Positions 49,990-63,430 of a stretch of DNA of 64,000 nt are shown in pieces; the first letter of the stretch is position 1, and each line of letters begins with the position of its first letter. The DNA is from Narcine bancroftii (Eukaryota), in contig NC_091473.1 of NCBI RefSeq assembly GCF_036971445.1, positions 206,212,001 to 206,276,000 on the forward strand, written 5' to 3'. Position numbers and translations under genes: made by a program. The notes beneath the pieces are model-generated. The model had not been told where the DNA came from. It saw only the letters and a list, made by a program, of their open reading frames with translations, and did no database searches.

Positions 49990-52900
49990 AACTCTTTACA
50001 TTTAACCCAGTTTAGTCCTGCTATATTTGGTTGGGCTTACAGACATGACCAGCGCTTGTTTTGTAATAGCCTTCCGATTATGTGGATGGTTAGGGCAACA
50101 TGTCCTGATTGTTTCTGCTGTCCATAGGATGAGGGGAAATCTCCATAACCTCTCTTGTCGTTTCGGTAGGGGAGGGTTTTGTCTATCCAGGGCCATGTTC
50201 CAACTCCAAGCGTGCCGATTTTTCTTGGGTGTTTTGAGATGGAGTGGCTCTCCTACTGGGAGGATGCGTCGTCTGTTCTTCCAGTATATTCGCCTCCGAA
50301 CGAACCAGGTATGACCTGGGTTGTTCCAGTTAATTTTCATTATACCCAGATGGTCGTAACCTTGTGAAAGATTTACCCTTTGGTTAATGGCACGAGCGGC
50401 CACCTAAGTTTGAAGTAATCTTTATTTTTGCTCGCCTTCTGTTTATCAGCTGGACCTTGATGTCTTGCGGGTCCTTTGGCTGGGCCCCAATAAGTCTCAT
50501 TGCCACTGGTAGAGTACTCCTGGTCTGCCTGGACATTATCCGGTGCGCGGGAGAGCCCAGTGTGGTGTTGCGTGGCATGTTTTTTAAGTTTAGTAGGGTG
50601 AACAAAATGTATGCCTTCTCTCTGTGGAAATTCTCCATTAGATGCTTGGCACTTCTCACCACATTTCGAGGCAGTCCATTTGATTATGTGTACTCTCGGC
50701 TGCTGGTGATGTGGATGAAGTCTCATTCTGTCGCCAAATTGCGGAACTTCTAACATGTGGACTGTCTACCGTTGTCCGAGAGAAGTGTGTGAGCTTCCCC
50801 GTGTACCAAACAAATCCATTTTAGTTTGATGATGACAGCCAGAGGTTGCGATCTGGAGCAGGTCTATATAAAACAGCCTGAGTATGTGTCTATTAGTATT
50901 AGGTACTGTAGCCTCCGCCATTCAAAGATGCTGGAATCCCCGGTCGACCAGTGACTGCAATGCTCTTTCTGCTGGTGTGGCATGGGACTGTTGAATACTG
51001 TGCAGGACTATGCCTCTTCATCTATATTCTCTGCCATATCTGGCCAGAAGTAAATGTTCCTTATTCTGCGTTTCATTGCTTTGGCGTCAGGTTGCTCGCT
51101 GTGCAAGATCTCCACATATGTATTCTGCAGTGTTCTCGGGATGCCTGCCGTATGTCCTTTCAGGATTACCCCTTCATCAATAAGAAGTTCTTTGCTGTAA
51201 GGAATGAAAGTTTGCACACCTTGTGCCGGCTGCGCTGGTTGGCTGGCCAGCTGCCCTTAATGAAGATGCCCATTGCAGTAAGGGTTCCATTTTCTGCCGT
51301 GTGCTTTCTTCGTTGATCCAGCCGGGCTGAGGGAATATGGGTTTGGTCATCACATGGAAACCGTCCTCTTCCACGACCACCTGGACCAGGCATTTTCAAG
51401 GTGTCCGTGATAAAGCTTCGGCTAAATCAATTTCTTGCAACATTTGTGTACGTGGGTAATAGGGTATATCTTGAGCCTGAGCTCATAACCTGGAGTTTCT
51501 CCGGTTCTGCGTGAATTGGTTTGTTTTTTTGTGATCGCCAGAGGTAAGTGGTAGGTTTCTGTGGTGACTGGCCTGCCTTTGACATGATCATTCATTATCG
51601 AGCAGGCAAAAACTATCGCCAGTAGCTCTTTGTCAAGTGAGCATAACTCGTTGCCATTTCTGTAAGTGGCCTAGAAGAATACTATTGGTTTTCCGTCCTG
51701 CATTCATGCTTCCCTATGCAGTACTGTGAGGCAACGCAGGTCATCATCAACAGTCTACGTATGTCATGTTAGGAGAGGACTGGAGGGACTGTTTGTTTAG
51801 GGCATCGAAGGCATTTTTTTATTGTTCGTGCCAGGTCCGTACAATGCCTCTGTAAGTCAACTGTTTAAAGGGGGCTGTAAGTTCACTGAAGTTTGAGATG
51901 AACTTTCCCAAGTCGTTCATCATGCCCAGAAACAGTTGCAGTGCAGCCATGTTCATTGGTTTCTCTGAAAAATCTTGTTTTGTGACGGCCTGCCTTCAGG
52001 CCATTGCTGGTGAACATATTGCCAAGATAGCTGTGTTCATTCAGAAATAACCTGCTCTTTTAGAGGTTGAGCCGCATTCACTTCCAGGTGCAACACTTGA
52101 TTTCGGTGGGCATCATGTTCTTTTTGTTGAATTTGATAGAACAAGGGTACCTTCGGAAAACCTCGCAAGTCGACCTTATGCCAAATAGGGTTTTGAAGAA
52201 ACTGTACTGACCAAAAGCAGTGCTGAAAGTTGTCAGTAGTGAACAGCGGTAGTCGAGCAAGATGTGCCTGAGGAGGTATTCACACCCAGGACCGAGAATA
52301 CCATTGCACTGGCCATCAGTGGGGCAGTTTTGTCCACGGCGTGCATGGAGCAAAGTTTCTTTTTTCACAGAGGTCTTGCGGATTTATACATATTCTCATC
52401 CACTGTCCATGGTATTTTGGCGGCTATCATGGAGGAGACTATTTGGTTGGTTCCTTCGCGGAAGTTATGAAGCCCACGTCCTGCATTCTGTCCAGCTCAA
52501 GCATTTCTACTTGAACACGAGACGGACTATAGTTCTTACCTCTGTGTCCAGCTGCATGGAGTACATCACAGGCAGTCTGCAGAACTCACGAGTACAGTGA
52601 ACATTTCAAAACGTTTCTGTGAGATATCGTACTTGGAGGGGATTATCTGATGGACCCCTTTGCTAATTAAACAAGCCCCATATCGAAATATGCACTGAGG
52701 ACTATCAGAGGCATGACGTCCTCGCGGACCATGAAGGAGATTAGCATATGGATCCGTCCTTATATAAAACATCGCAGACACATCGTCTGTATTCTGCTCA
52801 CTCCATAGGCAATAGGCTGATAGATGATGTATGGTTTGTCTTGTTTTGTCTATCTCAGCTTGTTAGATGTCCTCAGTGACATGAAATTGCATTTGACCAG

Positions 52901-55330
52901 GTGTGAACTTTCATCTCAGTATTCATGCCGTTGTCTTTCATGGATCCGAAGATCTCTGCTGGGTTGCCTGCCAATTTCGTGCTAAACCCATCAACGCCGT
53001 ACTCATCGTCGATTTCGCTCTCTCTCTCTGCTCTGGTTCCAAGTGGTCGATGGTCCTTCTGGGTCTAGTCCATGCAGTGATTTGCTTCCTTGATCTGATG
53101 AACCAGCAGATGTGGTTCAATTTGTCGCAGTTCCTGCAATGCTGCCCGAAGGCCGGATAGATCTCCCTTCTTAGAATGTGATCTCAGCTGCAGTTGTCAC
53201 ATCTTGTCTTGGACGTAGGGTGGCCAGGCTGGTTTGGCTGGGTCTTCCTTCTGACCTCATGCCACTGTCTGCTCACCGGTTCTTTCTGAATCGTATCAAT
53301 GCTTATGTCCTGGTGAAGGGATAATATGGGACCCCTTGGAGATCACGAGGCTGGCTCTGTGAAAGACAGAGGCGATGGGAGGATGTTTAAACTATCTCTT
53401 TTTGTTTAGTATTCACCAAAGAAAAGAATATTGAGCAAGATGTGGTGAAGAAATGTGGCAGGGAGTTCATGGATAATATAAAAATCAATGAGGAGGTAGT
53501 TTTAGCTGTAGGAAAAAAATAGATCAAGGTGGATAAATCTCCAGGTCCTGACAAAATATTCCAGAGGAACCTGAGGGAGTTTAGTGAAGAAATAGTGGGG
53601 CCATTGACTGAAACATTGAAAATATCACTGGCATTGGAGGAAGTGCCAGAGGAGTGGAATGTTGCTCATGTTGTTCCACTGTTCAAAAAAGGATCCAAAT
53701 GTAAACCTGATAAATATAGGTCTGTACGTCGGACGTCAGGAGTGGGTAATTTAATATAAATTGTTCTTAGAGATGGTATATCTAACTATTTGGAAAGGCA
53801 GGGATTGATTCGCTGTAGTCAGCATGGTTATGGCCATGGTGCATCATATCTAATGAATCTTATAGAATTTTTCGAGGAGGTTACTAAAAAGGTTGATGAG
53901 AGGAAGGCATTGGATGTTGTCTATTTGGACTATAGTAGGTTTTTGAGAAGTTTCCCATACGATGTTAATAAAGAAGGTACAAACATTAGGTATTAATGAT
54001 GAAGTAGTAAAATGGATCCAGAAACGTTTGGATGGGAGGTGCCAGAGATTAATGGTGGAAAATTTTAAGTGGAACTGAAGGCCGGTGACGAGTGGAGTCC
54101 ACTGCTGTTTTTGATAGACATTAACGATCTTGATGATAGGGTGGAAAATTGGCTTTGTAAATTTGTATATGATACATAGATTGGTGGTATTGTGGACAGT
54201 GAGAAAGATTACCAAAGCTTACATGACGATATAGGACATTTAGAAAAGTGGGCTGAAAAATAGCAGATCGAGATTAATACTGATATATGTGATGTGATAT
54301 AGTTTAGTTTGACTAATCTGAATAGGATATACACGTTAAATGTGAGACACTTGAGAAGTGCAGTGAAGTTAAGCGATTTGAGAGTCATGGTACATAATTC
54401 CCTGAAAGTGATATCATATATAGATAGGATGGTAAAGAACGCATTTATTATGTTGGCTTTCAAAAATCAGAGTATTGAATACATAAATTGGGATGTTATG
54501 TTGAAATATGTCAAGCATTGGTGAGGTCAAATGTGGAATATTGGGTGCAGATTTGGTCACCGAATCATAGGAAGAATAAAAAGAGTATAGAGAGAGTGCA
54601 GAGGAGGTTAACGAGAATGTTTCAAGGGTTTCAGGGGTGGAATTACGGGGAAAGGTTGAGCCCGCTGGGAATTTATTCCCTGGAGCATATAATATTGAGG
54701 GGTGATTTGATATAAATGTTCAAAATTATATGGAGAAGAAGGAGTCAATGTGTATAGGCTTTTTCCATTGTATGTGGGGGAGATTCAAGCAAGAGGGCAT
54801 GGATTGAGGGTAAAAGCGTATAGGTTTGGGGATACATGAGGGGGAATTTCTTCAGGCAGAGCATGGTGGGGTATGGAATGAACTTCCTGCAGAGGTGGTC
54901 GAAGCAAGATCGTTGTTAATATTTAAGGATAGGTTGGATAACGATATGGACGGAAGGGGTGTGGAGGGTTGTGGACCGAATGTGGGTTAGTGGAACGAGA
55001 TAGGAAAAGATGTTCGACACCAACTAGTAGGGTAGAACTGGCCTGTTTCTGTGCAGTCAATGGATATATGGTTAAATGATAGGACAGCTTTGTACTGTTT
55101 TCCTCTGTAGTTTTGTAGAGATACATGCTGTGATGGCTTTTTCTCGTGTCACCTCACGGCCTTGCAGGAGCACCTTCTGCTTACTATCGTCGCAAATGCA
55201 AGAGACCATTCTGCCTTTAGTTACTCAAATAGCGTGCCGAACTCCCAGGGTTTCATCCTGATTTTTAAATCGCCAATGTCTGATTGTATCGACTTGCCAG
55301 GCGTTTGATATCTTATGTTAAATTTGTGCC
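49990..55330 (-). mobile_element. Decayed Gypsy/Ty3 internal region (gag-pol), interrupted by CR1
   Basis: Minus strand: gag knuckle PAFGQHCRNCDKLNH (~53100-53160); RT TTFSTAFGQYSFFKTLFGI and FLGMMND; integrase ILHSEQPDAKAMKRRIRNIYFWPDMAENI. LTRs could not be delimited. Confidence 0.8.
53317..55075 (+). mobile_element. 5'-truncated CR1 LINE (ORF2 RT and 3' UTR)
   Basis: Contains DKSPGPDKI, EVPEEWNVAHVVPLFKKGSK, NLIEFFEEVTKKVDE and ERVQRRLTRM..LRGDLI, and ends in the short-repeat tail ATGGATATATGGTTA. Confidence 0.9.
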
Positions 55331-56432
55331 ATTCCATTGTCATATTTTTTGACGGTTGGAGATTTATCTAATACATGCTTTAAACGTTCGGGGTCCTTTC
55401 TAGACAAACCCTGCGGGGGAAAGATTTCCATCACGCATTTTCTCACATATATAAATGATCGTTCCTTTTCAATGACCTCCATGCCCGCACAATGTAACAC
55501 AATTTACGCTGTGGTGCTGACGGGCTTGTCACTGTGTGCTTCCTCTATAAATATGTCATATTCCTGTACAAAAACTGTGCGAGTTGTTTGCCACTGTTCA
55601 ATCAAACACGACTGGACCCGGCTATGTTTGGAAGTCTTCAGGCTTGTGACGCCTTTGTTCCCATTATGTTCGTTATTATTTGATTAAAAACGAGTCCAAT
55701 CGGCTTGTGAGACAAACCAGACATAAGACTTTACTGAACACAACTAAATATGCGAGACATGCCAAAACGCAATTCAACCAATGCGCAATGTGCTGTTGCG
55801 AATTCCGTGGCTGCAATGCGATTTCATTAGATGCAGAGCAACAGATGACAGCGGCTGTCCCAGCGACGACTCTATTTCTCATTCTCCATCTGAAGTGTGC
55901 TTGTATTCTGTTACATCCACCATCCTGGACATGTGTCGAGATGTTTCAAAGTCCAGACTTTGAATTTCCGAGACCGGTTTTCTCCTGCTTATCAGAAAAT
56001 CAATTGGCCGTTTCCTTTAACTATCTCCATCGTCCTTGTCTCTGCGGCATGTAGGAAACTGCATCAATTGTCAAAAAATTGAAGGGGAAATGTTGCCATA
56101 AAGAGGCAAATGGATTTGGTGGGACAGGGTGCTATGGTTTTTGGAGATATCACGTGTCGGCACTATGCAGATCGCAGCACACATCGAATGTGCTTCACAC
56201 CTTATTTCCACACCATTTGCCCAAAGCACCTTGCGTACTCCACAACGTCAACATTCACTTCACCAAACTACCGCCATGCGGAGTTTTCTGCAGTTTTCTC
56301 TGGGGACATTGCTGTAGAATAACTGTTGAGCAGAATGTTTATACAAGTGCCTTACATATTGCTTCCAATTCAAGGCTCGAGATAATTATTTCCGTCAGAA
56401 CTTGCGGCCAAGTAACCCAATATAAATGCCAG

Positions 56433-57455
56433 ATTTTTTTTTAATTTTTTTTAAATTTTCACACCATAAACCACATTAACCATGATACATACTTTTTCCA
56501 TTTCAAATATATACTGTGCCATTTTTTCCGCCCCCCTCCCTCCTCCCATCCCACCCTCCCTAGCTCCCCACCCCCCCGTCCATTTAAAGTACAAAATCTA
56601 GGATACTTTAAACCAGTCAAACAATGTTGTCATTCAATAAAAATAAACAAGAAATACCACTGAGTCAATTCTTTTCATTTCCTTCTCCTTTCGTTAGTTT
56701 AGGTAGTGAATGTCCCCGGTAGGTTTTCTCTATTGTGTTTCAGGTAAGGCTCCCATATTTGTTCAAATATTACAATATTATTTCTTAAACTATATGTTAT
56801 TTTTTCTAATGGAATACATTTATTCATTTCTATATACCATTGTTGTATTTTCAAATTATCTTCCAATTTCCAGGTTGACATAATACATTTTTTTGCTACG
56901 GCTAGAGCTATCTTAACAAATCTTTTTTGTGCACCATCCAAATCAATTCCAAATTCTTTGTTTTTTATGTTACTTAGGAGGAAGTTCTCTGGATTCTTTG
57001 TTATATTGTTTTCTGTAATTTTATTTAATATTTGGTTTAGATCTTCCCAAAATTTTTCTACATTCTCACATGTCCAGATTGCATGAATTGTTGTTCCCAT
57101 TTCTTTTTTACATTGAAAACATCTATCAGATACTGTTGGGTCCCATTTATTTAACTTTTGAGGTGTAATGTATAGCCTGTGTATCCAGTTATATTGTATC
57201 ATACGTAACCTCGTGTTTATTGTATTTCTCATCATTCCAGAACATAACTTCTCCCATGTTTCCTTTTTTATCTTTATATTTAAATATTGTTCCCATTTTC
57301 TTTTAGTTTTACCATTTGTTTCCTCATTCTCCTTTTCTTGCAGTTTAATATACATATTTGTTATACATTTTTTGATTATCATTGTATCTGTAATCACATA
57401 TTCAAAGTTACTTCGCTCAGGTAAACTCAGACTGCTTGCTAATTTGTCCTTAACT
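56433..57455 (-). mobile_element. Young L1 3' fragment (ORF2 C-terminus and 3' UTR)
   Basis: Uninterrupted frame with RLYITPQKL, CFQCKKEMGTTIHAIWTC and ALAVAKKCI..W; G-rich 3' UTR and poly-A tail (T-run at 56434). Confidence 0.88.
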
Positions 57456-60400
57456 TTTCTGGAGAGGGCTGGAGTTCCCCTACCGGCCACTACTCCATCA
57501 CATGACTCCCCCAATATGTCCGATTTTTGAAGAAAAACCATCGCTGTGACCCTGTTGCCCCGGATAGTTTAGAAATTTACAATCAGAGATAAGGGTCGTT
57601 GTTAATAAACCAGGATGAAACGAGGGAGTTTATGCTCTCTGCCCCTTGACCACGGCAGAACGCAGTGGGTGCTATTAGCAGGTTGGGTCAATGCAGAGCA
57701 TTGCCACCATAGTATGCATCAAACATTTATTTTAGAAATTCCGGAAAAGAAGGGACTGAAATCAATACATTAACAGGGCTCTGGTACGAAACGTTGGTTT
57801 TGTTACGATCCTGTGAGTTGGAGCATGATGTTTCGTTCGAGAAATGGTGGGATCGTAAAAGAAACAATAAGATATCAAGGGAAAAGCAAGGGTGAGATCT
57901 TGCGAGGGAGAGACAGAGGCATAGAGACAGATGAACAGAAGGAGCCGAGAAAATAGTCAACGGATATTAAAGAAGAAAACATATTGACATAAGAGCATAG
58001 AAACATTCCATGCCTCTTAACGGAACCACTCCAATTAAAGTGTCCCACCCACACAAACCCAATTTGCAATGTTATGCACAATCAACTCATTAGGCATCTT
58101 GTTCTACACATCCACCACACTCTACACTTTCTTACCATTCACTAACCTGTTAAATACTTGTTCCTTCGACCTGAGGGTGTGGTTCCCAATTTCCTTACTC
58201 TGAGGAAAAGATTGCATTTCCCCTGTGAAAAATGTGAAGTGAGTCAGTCGTGACGGGTCCAACCGAGGGTAAATCGATGTTATGTTATCATATTTTATTG
58301 ATGATGGTTGAAACATATGATTTGAATTCGAGAGAAATGTAGCTTTACGTTCTGGTCATTTGAAGCTCTACTTTCCACTAATATGAGGGAAGAAAATAAA
58401 ATTACTTCTCCCACAGATGTGGGAGGTTGGGTCACTTTCTGAATCACATTGAATTGTGGGATTTATAATGATGTTTTCTAGGACCTGAATCCCATTCCAA
58501 ACCACTTTTGTTTTTAAGCTGGTGGCGATATTTTATTTATTAGCCTGGAACTTAGACAATATGAAGATATTTTCCACAAAGCCTTATTCCTCAAGAGGCA
58601 ATTGTGAACGCACAAATGTGCCAGAATCAAATAAAATAGATCGTCAACTTAAGATTTTGAACCGAGGCAGAGTATAAATAGAAACTTCAGATTTTGGAAT
58701 GAAATGAAATGTCACGATAATCCAACGGCAGAATCCGAAGCATCAATGAGAAAAAATGGAAGGGAAAGTGTTGGTGACCGGAAGTAGAGCATTTAGGATG
58801 GAAAAAAGGGGAGTAGGAAAGCAGAATTGAGGAGGTTTAATTAATTATTTAGTGTCCACATAACTGAATATTATTTGTGGTGAATCTAAAAAATAAAATG
58901 TCATATTTCACTTGATGTCGAAGAATAGAATTCTCCTGGATTTAATAGCTTCTACACCATGTTGTGTGAAGAGCTTTGTGCTGGTACATCAAACGCCATA
59001 AATTTCTTGTTGTTGTCAAGATCTGACTCAATTCTCCATATCACCATGTCTCCAATTTTACTATTTCTTATACTAAAATTAGAGAAGGAATGGAAACATT
59101 TGAAAACTCTATTCCATTGATTTAACAGGGAGTTGTCACTAAGCCAATAGATAGCTGCTAGAGTAATGTAGCAGGTTTTTACTATCACTTTATCTATAGA
59201 CCATACATTATATGCAGCTGTGTGTGTTANNNNNNNNNNNNNNNNNNNNNNNNNNNNNNNNNNNNNNNNNNNNNNNNNNNNNNNNNNNNNNNNNNNNNNN
59301 NNNNNNNNNNNNNNNNNNNNNNNNNNNNNNNNNNNNNNNNNNNNNNNNNNNNNNNNNNNNNNNNNAGATAAGAAGGGACTGATGTACGACCTTATAGTTA
59401 TGTTCGGAGACACAGGCCTTGCTCAGGCTGAAAACCATAAATTAGCTGGCAATGTTTTATTTTCATTGGAGGTCCTGCGAAGGGAGTTTAATGAATGCCA
59501 AGGAGGTGGGCAGTTAAACGCACAATTATAGTAATCAGCACTGCTGCATTTTCTACCATTGAATGGATGAGTTTAAATTAGATGTTGTATTGTTCGTTGG
59601 CAAATAGTTCCTTGCAATATGCTTTTTAGAAGATCGCTGAAGAGGTCAAAGTCTAATAAAATGAACTTGCTGAATAAATGATTTCAATACATGAAATAAA
59701 ACCTGTTTCATCACATCATCTGTTTTCTCTGCATTCTTGATCACTGAAGCAACCCACTGAGTAACAGAGAAAATATTACGTTGTATCACCACAGGGCCGT
59801 CATGTCAAAGGAACCTGCGAGCAGAATGTTTCCTCTCATACTCAGACTGATCAGCCACCTATAATTATGTTTACTTCATATCTTCACAAATCAATGCAGT
59901 CTAAACCCAGGCTTCCTCACCAACTACTAAACGGTCCTTTAAACCGAGACATAAAGACCAACGGGTCAAAGCGAATAACCTGTTGAATAGCGATTCGGTG
60001 ATCCATTTACATGACGAGAACATGGAAACGCTAGCAGCAGCCGACGTATCTGTACAAAATAATTATTTTTTTTAAATCACAGATGTTCCAACGAGGAACC
60101 GAAAAAAAAAACACGGTAACTCTTTTTTTTTCAATGTAGAAATTTAAGAGAGAGACACAGCCAATCAGGAAAAATCCATGGATAGAAATTATCATTAAAC
60201 GTTTTAGATCAGAACCCTTTACTCGATTATTGGCTCCGATCAAAAATTTTCACTGCGCATTTCATTCTACTGATGGTTCATGCCCGTCCAGCGGTGTTGT
60301 TTCAGTCCAGAGTATCCATAACCTCCCAATAGAAGGCGCTCTCTTTCCCGGATACGCAAGGGAGAGACATGCTGTGTAGAATATGGACATCGTCATTCAC

Positions 60401-60759
60401 ACAAGTGAGTACTGGAACGTTTTCACACTCTGTCACATTCTGTTTCGTTAGATGTTTGGAGAAAATAATCTACTAGGAGTCACGGCCCAACTGGAAATGC
60501 ATGAAATGGAAATCAAGCAAGTTTTGAATTGATTGGTGAAATCGAAGAAAAAGTAGAAATACGACTATAAGAGAAAATGAGGAACGGACGCAAATTGCGG
60601 TTCGTGTGGTCGGAGAGGTTGAGAGCTTTGTGCTGAGCGGATGTCTCTCTGCCAATCACGAGAGATACCAGACTTCACAGCTCTATTTGTTCCTCCGATT
60701 ACAAATTATTTCTGAATCAGGTTGATTCAGCTCAATTTCATGCTCGGCGCCTCGCAACT

Positions 60760-61436
60760 ATGTATTATCTTTCAACTTATTGGCTTCTCACGTAATTTGC
60801 TCTCTACACCGGTAGGTTGACTGTGTTTGAGGCCATTTATTCAGTGCATTGCATGCATGAATGCCATATTGTCAATCGAAAATCGGAAGAGAAACGAAGA
60901 TCATGGATCTAGCTCTTTGATGAGCTGGGGAATATAGATTCTGGGGAATATCCAGGGAAACTTACGCTATCCCGTGGGAATGGCCTCACTGTGAATACTC
61001 ACGCTCCTTCCCCGCGGTTATCCTCCACTTACTAAGGCTTGGTCAACGGGAATATAAGGACGTCAATACTTGAATATTCGCTACTTTATCTTGGAGCGTC
61101 ATTTCATTTCTAGTTATTCTTTTTACCTTATACGAGATTCTGGGAAGGAGACGACGCTCAACTGAATTGTAAATATACAACGACAAGCACAAGTACTCCA
61201 AATTTAATATGGTACCCTTTAAATCGCGGCTGGTCACTGGATGTTTTTTTGGTCAGAACTCAAGATGACGACAAAATGAAAACAAATCCTAGAGAAAGTT
61301 TCTCGGCGGATCTTGATATTTCAAAGTGCGTGGTTCCATTGTATGTTTCTGAAACGCAGCTGGGAGATGCGACCATGTATTATTGTGCTCTGAGTCCAAC
61401 AGAGGTATGGAACTGGGGTAAGACTGTACAAAAAGT
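60760..61436 (+). pseudogene. TCR V pseudogene (paralog of 3425-4272)
   Basis: Leader MYYLSTYWLLT*FALYT+G/GTAGG contains a stop. The acceptor and FR1 start are deleted relative to the paralog. The remaining frame is open: EGDDAQLNCKYTT..LIWY..FSADLDISKCVVPLYVSETQLGDATMYYCALSP. RSS is AACAGAG (61398-61404), 23 bp, ACAAAAAGT. Confidence 0.9.
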
Positions 61437-63118
61437 TCGAGGTAATCTCCTCGCCTGAAAAAAGTTTTGAACAATTGTTTTCTACTCCGTACATGCGTCA
61501 CAACCCCAACCGATGGCGGGCGATGATTATCCAATTTCATGCTACTGATAACATACATTTATCAGATTACACGTACAAGTTATTGTCATGTAATACAACA
61601 GAAATAAAATGTTATTATATAATTGCATTTAATCTGTCATTAGGAGGAAAAAAGATTGAGTATTATCATTGCTCGGAGGCACTGTAAGTGAGAGAAAGAG
61701 ATGCAAACGGAAGTCCCCCCAGTGTCACGGATTGTCGGTGGATTCGCCCCTATCACCCTCGGAGTCTCTGAAGCAGCATAAGCCTCAAGTTCAGAGGCAA
61801 TCAGAGCCTAGATCCAAAATTACGAATCTACAAGGATGCCTTTGTAAGTCTGTAGGGAGCCGTCGAACTAGGACTAGCCAAAAGAACACCAGGCGGGAGC
61901 CCTGTGTCTTCGTTCCCCGCGGGTGCACACCAGAGGCAGCGATGCCATTACAGCAGCTTCAGTTGTGCCGCCATTATTTCTAAATCTGCGCCCACGGTCA
62001 GTTGACCAATCAATTCCAGATCAGAGGTGTGCCTTTGAAAAATGAGACAGAACTCTCGCTTTGCATCCCTCCTTTACTCATCCAAGGTTATTCTCTGGTT
62101 CCGAGCCCTTGACAATAGGAAGAACTTTCCCTATAAATTTATACCATTACTGTATTGGTAAATTACGACTCAGAATTTTGAAAATCCATTATACCCTGCT
62201 TGCCCTATTTTAGAAGTTATTAGCCTTTCAAATTAACATACCGATTTCACATATTTTAACTTAATATTCCTGATTTGTATGAACTTTTCTGTGATAACAC
62301 AATATCCGTGCAAGGTACAAGAGTTGTAGCCAAGACTTGCAGTGCAAGATACCTCAAACACAGGTGATGTGTGGTTGGTTGCAATGGTACTGGAAGAACG
62401 TGCATATGAATCAACACCACCTACTGGTTTGATGAATGGAGGAGACGGGAAACAATTTTTTCAGGTGACAGTTTTAGACATTTTAGATATACATTTAGCA
62501 TCGTATTTTAACAGGCGTTGGCAAATCTTTCTCATTGTCCATGCTGTTATATTATGTGCGCTCATTTCTTTTGGTAGAAAAAAGCAGTATTCATTTGATA
62601 GGAGGAGAATTATTGATCTAAACTGTCTAAATTCTGAAACGTATTTCTGCAGTTTCTGTTCATGCTGTTCCGTCTCTCACAGTCTGCAGAAATGACCACG
62701 TCGACACCTACCTCTGCTTCGGGGAAGATGCCAACATCCGTAAAGACGCAACCCAAACAGGTCACACTCTTTCAACACCCCCTGTTTGACAGAATATTGA
62801 AAGTTGGAATACGCCATTCAGCTTTTCTGGTCAGATATTTGAATGTACCTCTTATCAGGTCAGTGTCAGTGACTTTCTCTGTTTCAACTGAGTTATCTCC
62901 TTAGCCTGAAACTTCTATTTTTAATGCATCCATCTTTTCAGTTTGAAGAAAGTGTGACACTTGTCCGCAGCACTTCAGTTTTATTGTTGCATCATACGTA
63001 CTACATAGTGGATGTTAATGTACCTGTACTTCAGAAAAGACAATGCTATTTATTACATATCGACAGAAAGGGAAACGAAATACTCTATGTCATTTTCTGA
63101 CTTAATTTATGTTATCAG

Positions 63119-63430
63119 CCATTTAAGTGGCAGGAGGATAATATAAATAAAAATGCACCAGAAATCACGCTTGAACTCCTTTTGAATATGTGGCAATCTA
63201 ATTTGAAATTAGTCTGGCATAATATTATAAGAATCAGTTTAATTTCAAGAGATGTTTCAGAAACATCCATCTATTTAAACTCTCTGGAGCGACAAATTAT
63301 CCTTCAGTGAAAATCAAGTATGTTGGAAAAAGGTATTTAATTTAATTTGGCTTCCTACTCCGTGCTATTTTATGTGCTACGTTCTCGAATGCACAGTGCT
63401 TAAATCCGAACAGTGAAGAATCCAAGTATC
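63119..63430 (+). pseudogene. Highly decayed TCR V relic (paralog of 7394-7729)
   Basis: Acceptor TTATCAG, then EDNINKNAPEITLE, ending ..LCATFSN before a consensus heptamer CACAGTG (63392-63398), 23 bp and a weak nonamer CCAAGTATC. Confidence 0.5.

Noticed and set aside
58952-59228. Minus-strand open frame next to an assembly gap
   Set aside because: It has no recognisable domain or splice structure and cannot be assigned without a database search.
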